From: Bugula neritina
Taxonomy: Eukaryota > Animalia > Bryozoa
DNA length: 64,000 bases
Direction of reading: 5' to 3'
NCBI GenBank assembly: GCA_964035545.1
Contig: OZ037767.1
Span: 27,730,628 to 27,794,627, forward strand
Positions 63,813 to 64,000 of the stretch are shown here, one piece after another; the stretch's first letter is position 1, and the number at the start of each line of letters is the position of its first letter. A program made the position numbers and the translations under genes. The notes under the pieces are model-generated. The model made no database searches. It was not told where the DNA came from and saw only the letters and a list, made by a program, of their open reading frames with translations.

Positions 63813-64000
63813 GTAGGGGCAGGCTATTTTTGTGAGACTCATTTGTATATCTAATCTGGTCTCCAACCTACAAGAGTTTATAGCTCCTCCATTTAGTTTA
63901 TAAAATAACAATACGTTTATTAGACGTGTTCTTTCTTTCAAATCTTAGACCTTGCTTTTAGAATTCCCATATTTTTAATTTAATCAGCAACTCTCATTCT

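Overview
AT-rich, intron-rich animal genomic DNA. It is probably from a lophotrochozoan invertebrate, inferred from the FDSIG-type pedal peptides and a DOMON-less copper monooxygenase; the species cannot be determined here. Seven spliced genes were reconstructed by hand, all with in-frame junctions: MTHFR (+, 13 coding exons, one GC-AG intron); a four-and-a-half-LIM FHL protein (-); an uncharacterised 771-aa type I membrane protein (+) with two Cys domains ending I(N/D)YEC, a Thr-rich mucin stalk and a tail with 15 tyrosines; a pedal peptide/orcokinin-type precursor (+) with 9 KR-flanked peptides; a secreted DOMON-less copper type II monooxygenase (+) whose intron 6 starts ATAAGT instead of GTAAGT; TSG101 (-); and the 5' part of LTN1/listerin (+). 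Between and inside them lie a TIR-bounded MITE, a solo LTR with TSD, tRNA-derived SINEs, LINE relics and micro/minisatellites. The best leads are the orphan phosphotyrosine-scaffold receptor, the AT-AG or broken splice donor in the monooxygenase, cryptic 6-bp periodic tracts near the 5' ends of the housekeeping genes, and an MTHFR 5' region with a perfect DR5, an ATF4-type element and minimal uORFs.
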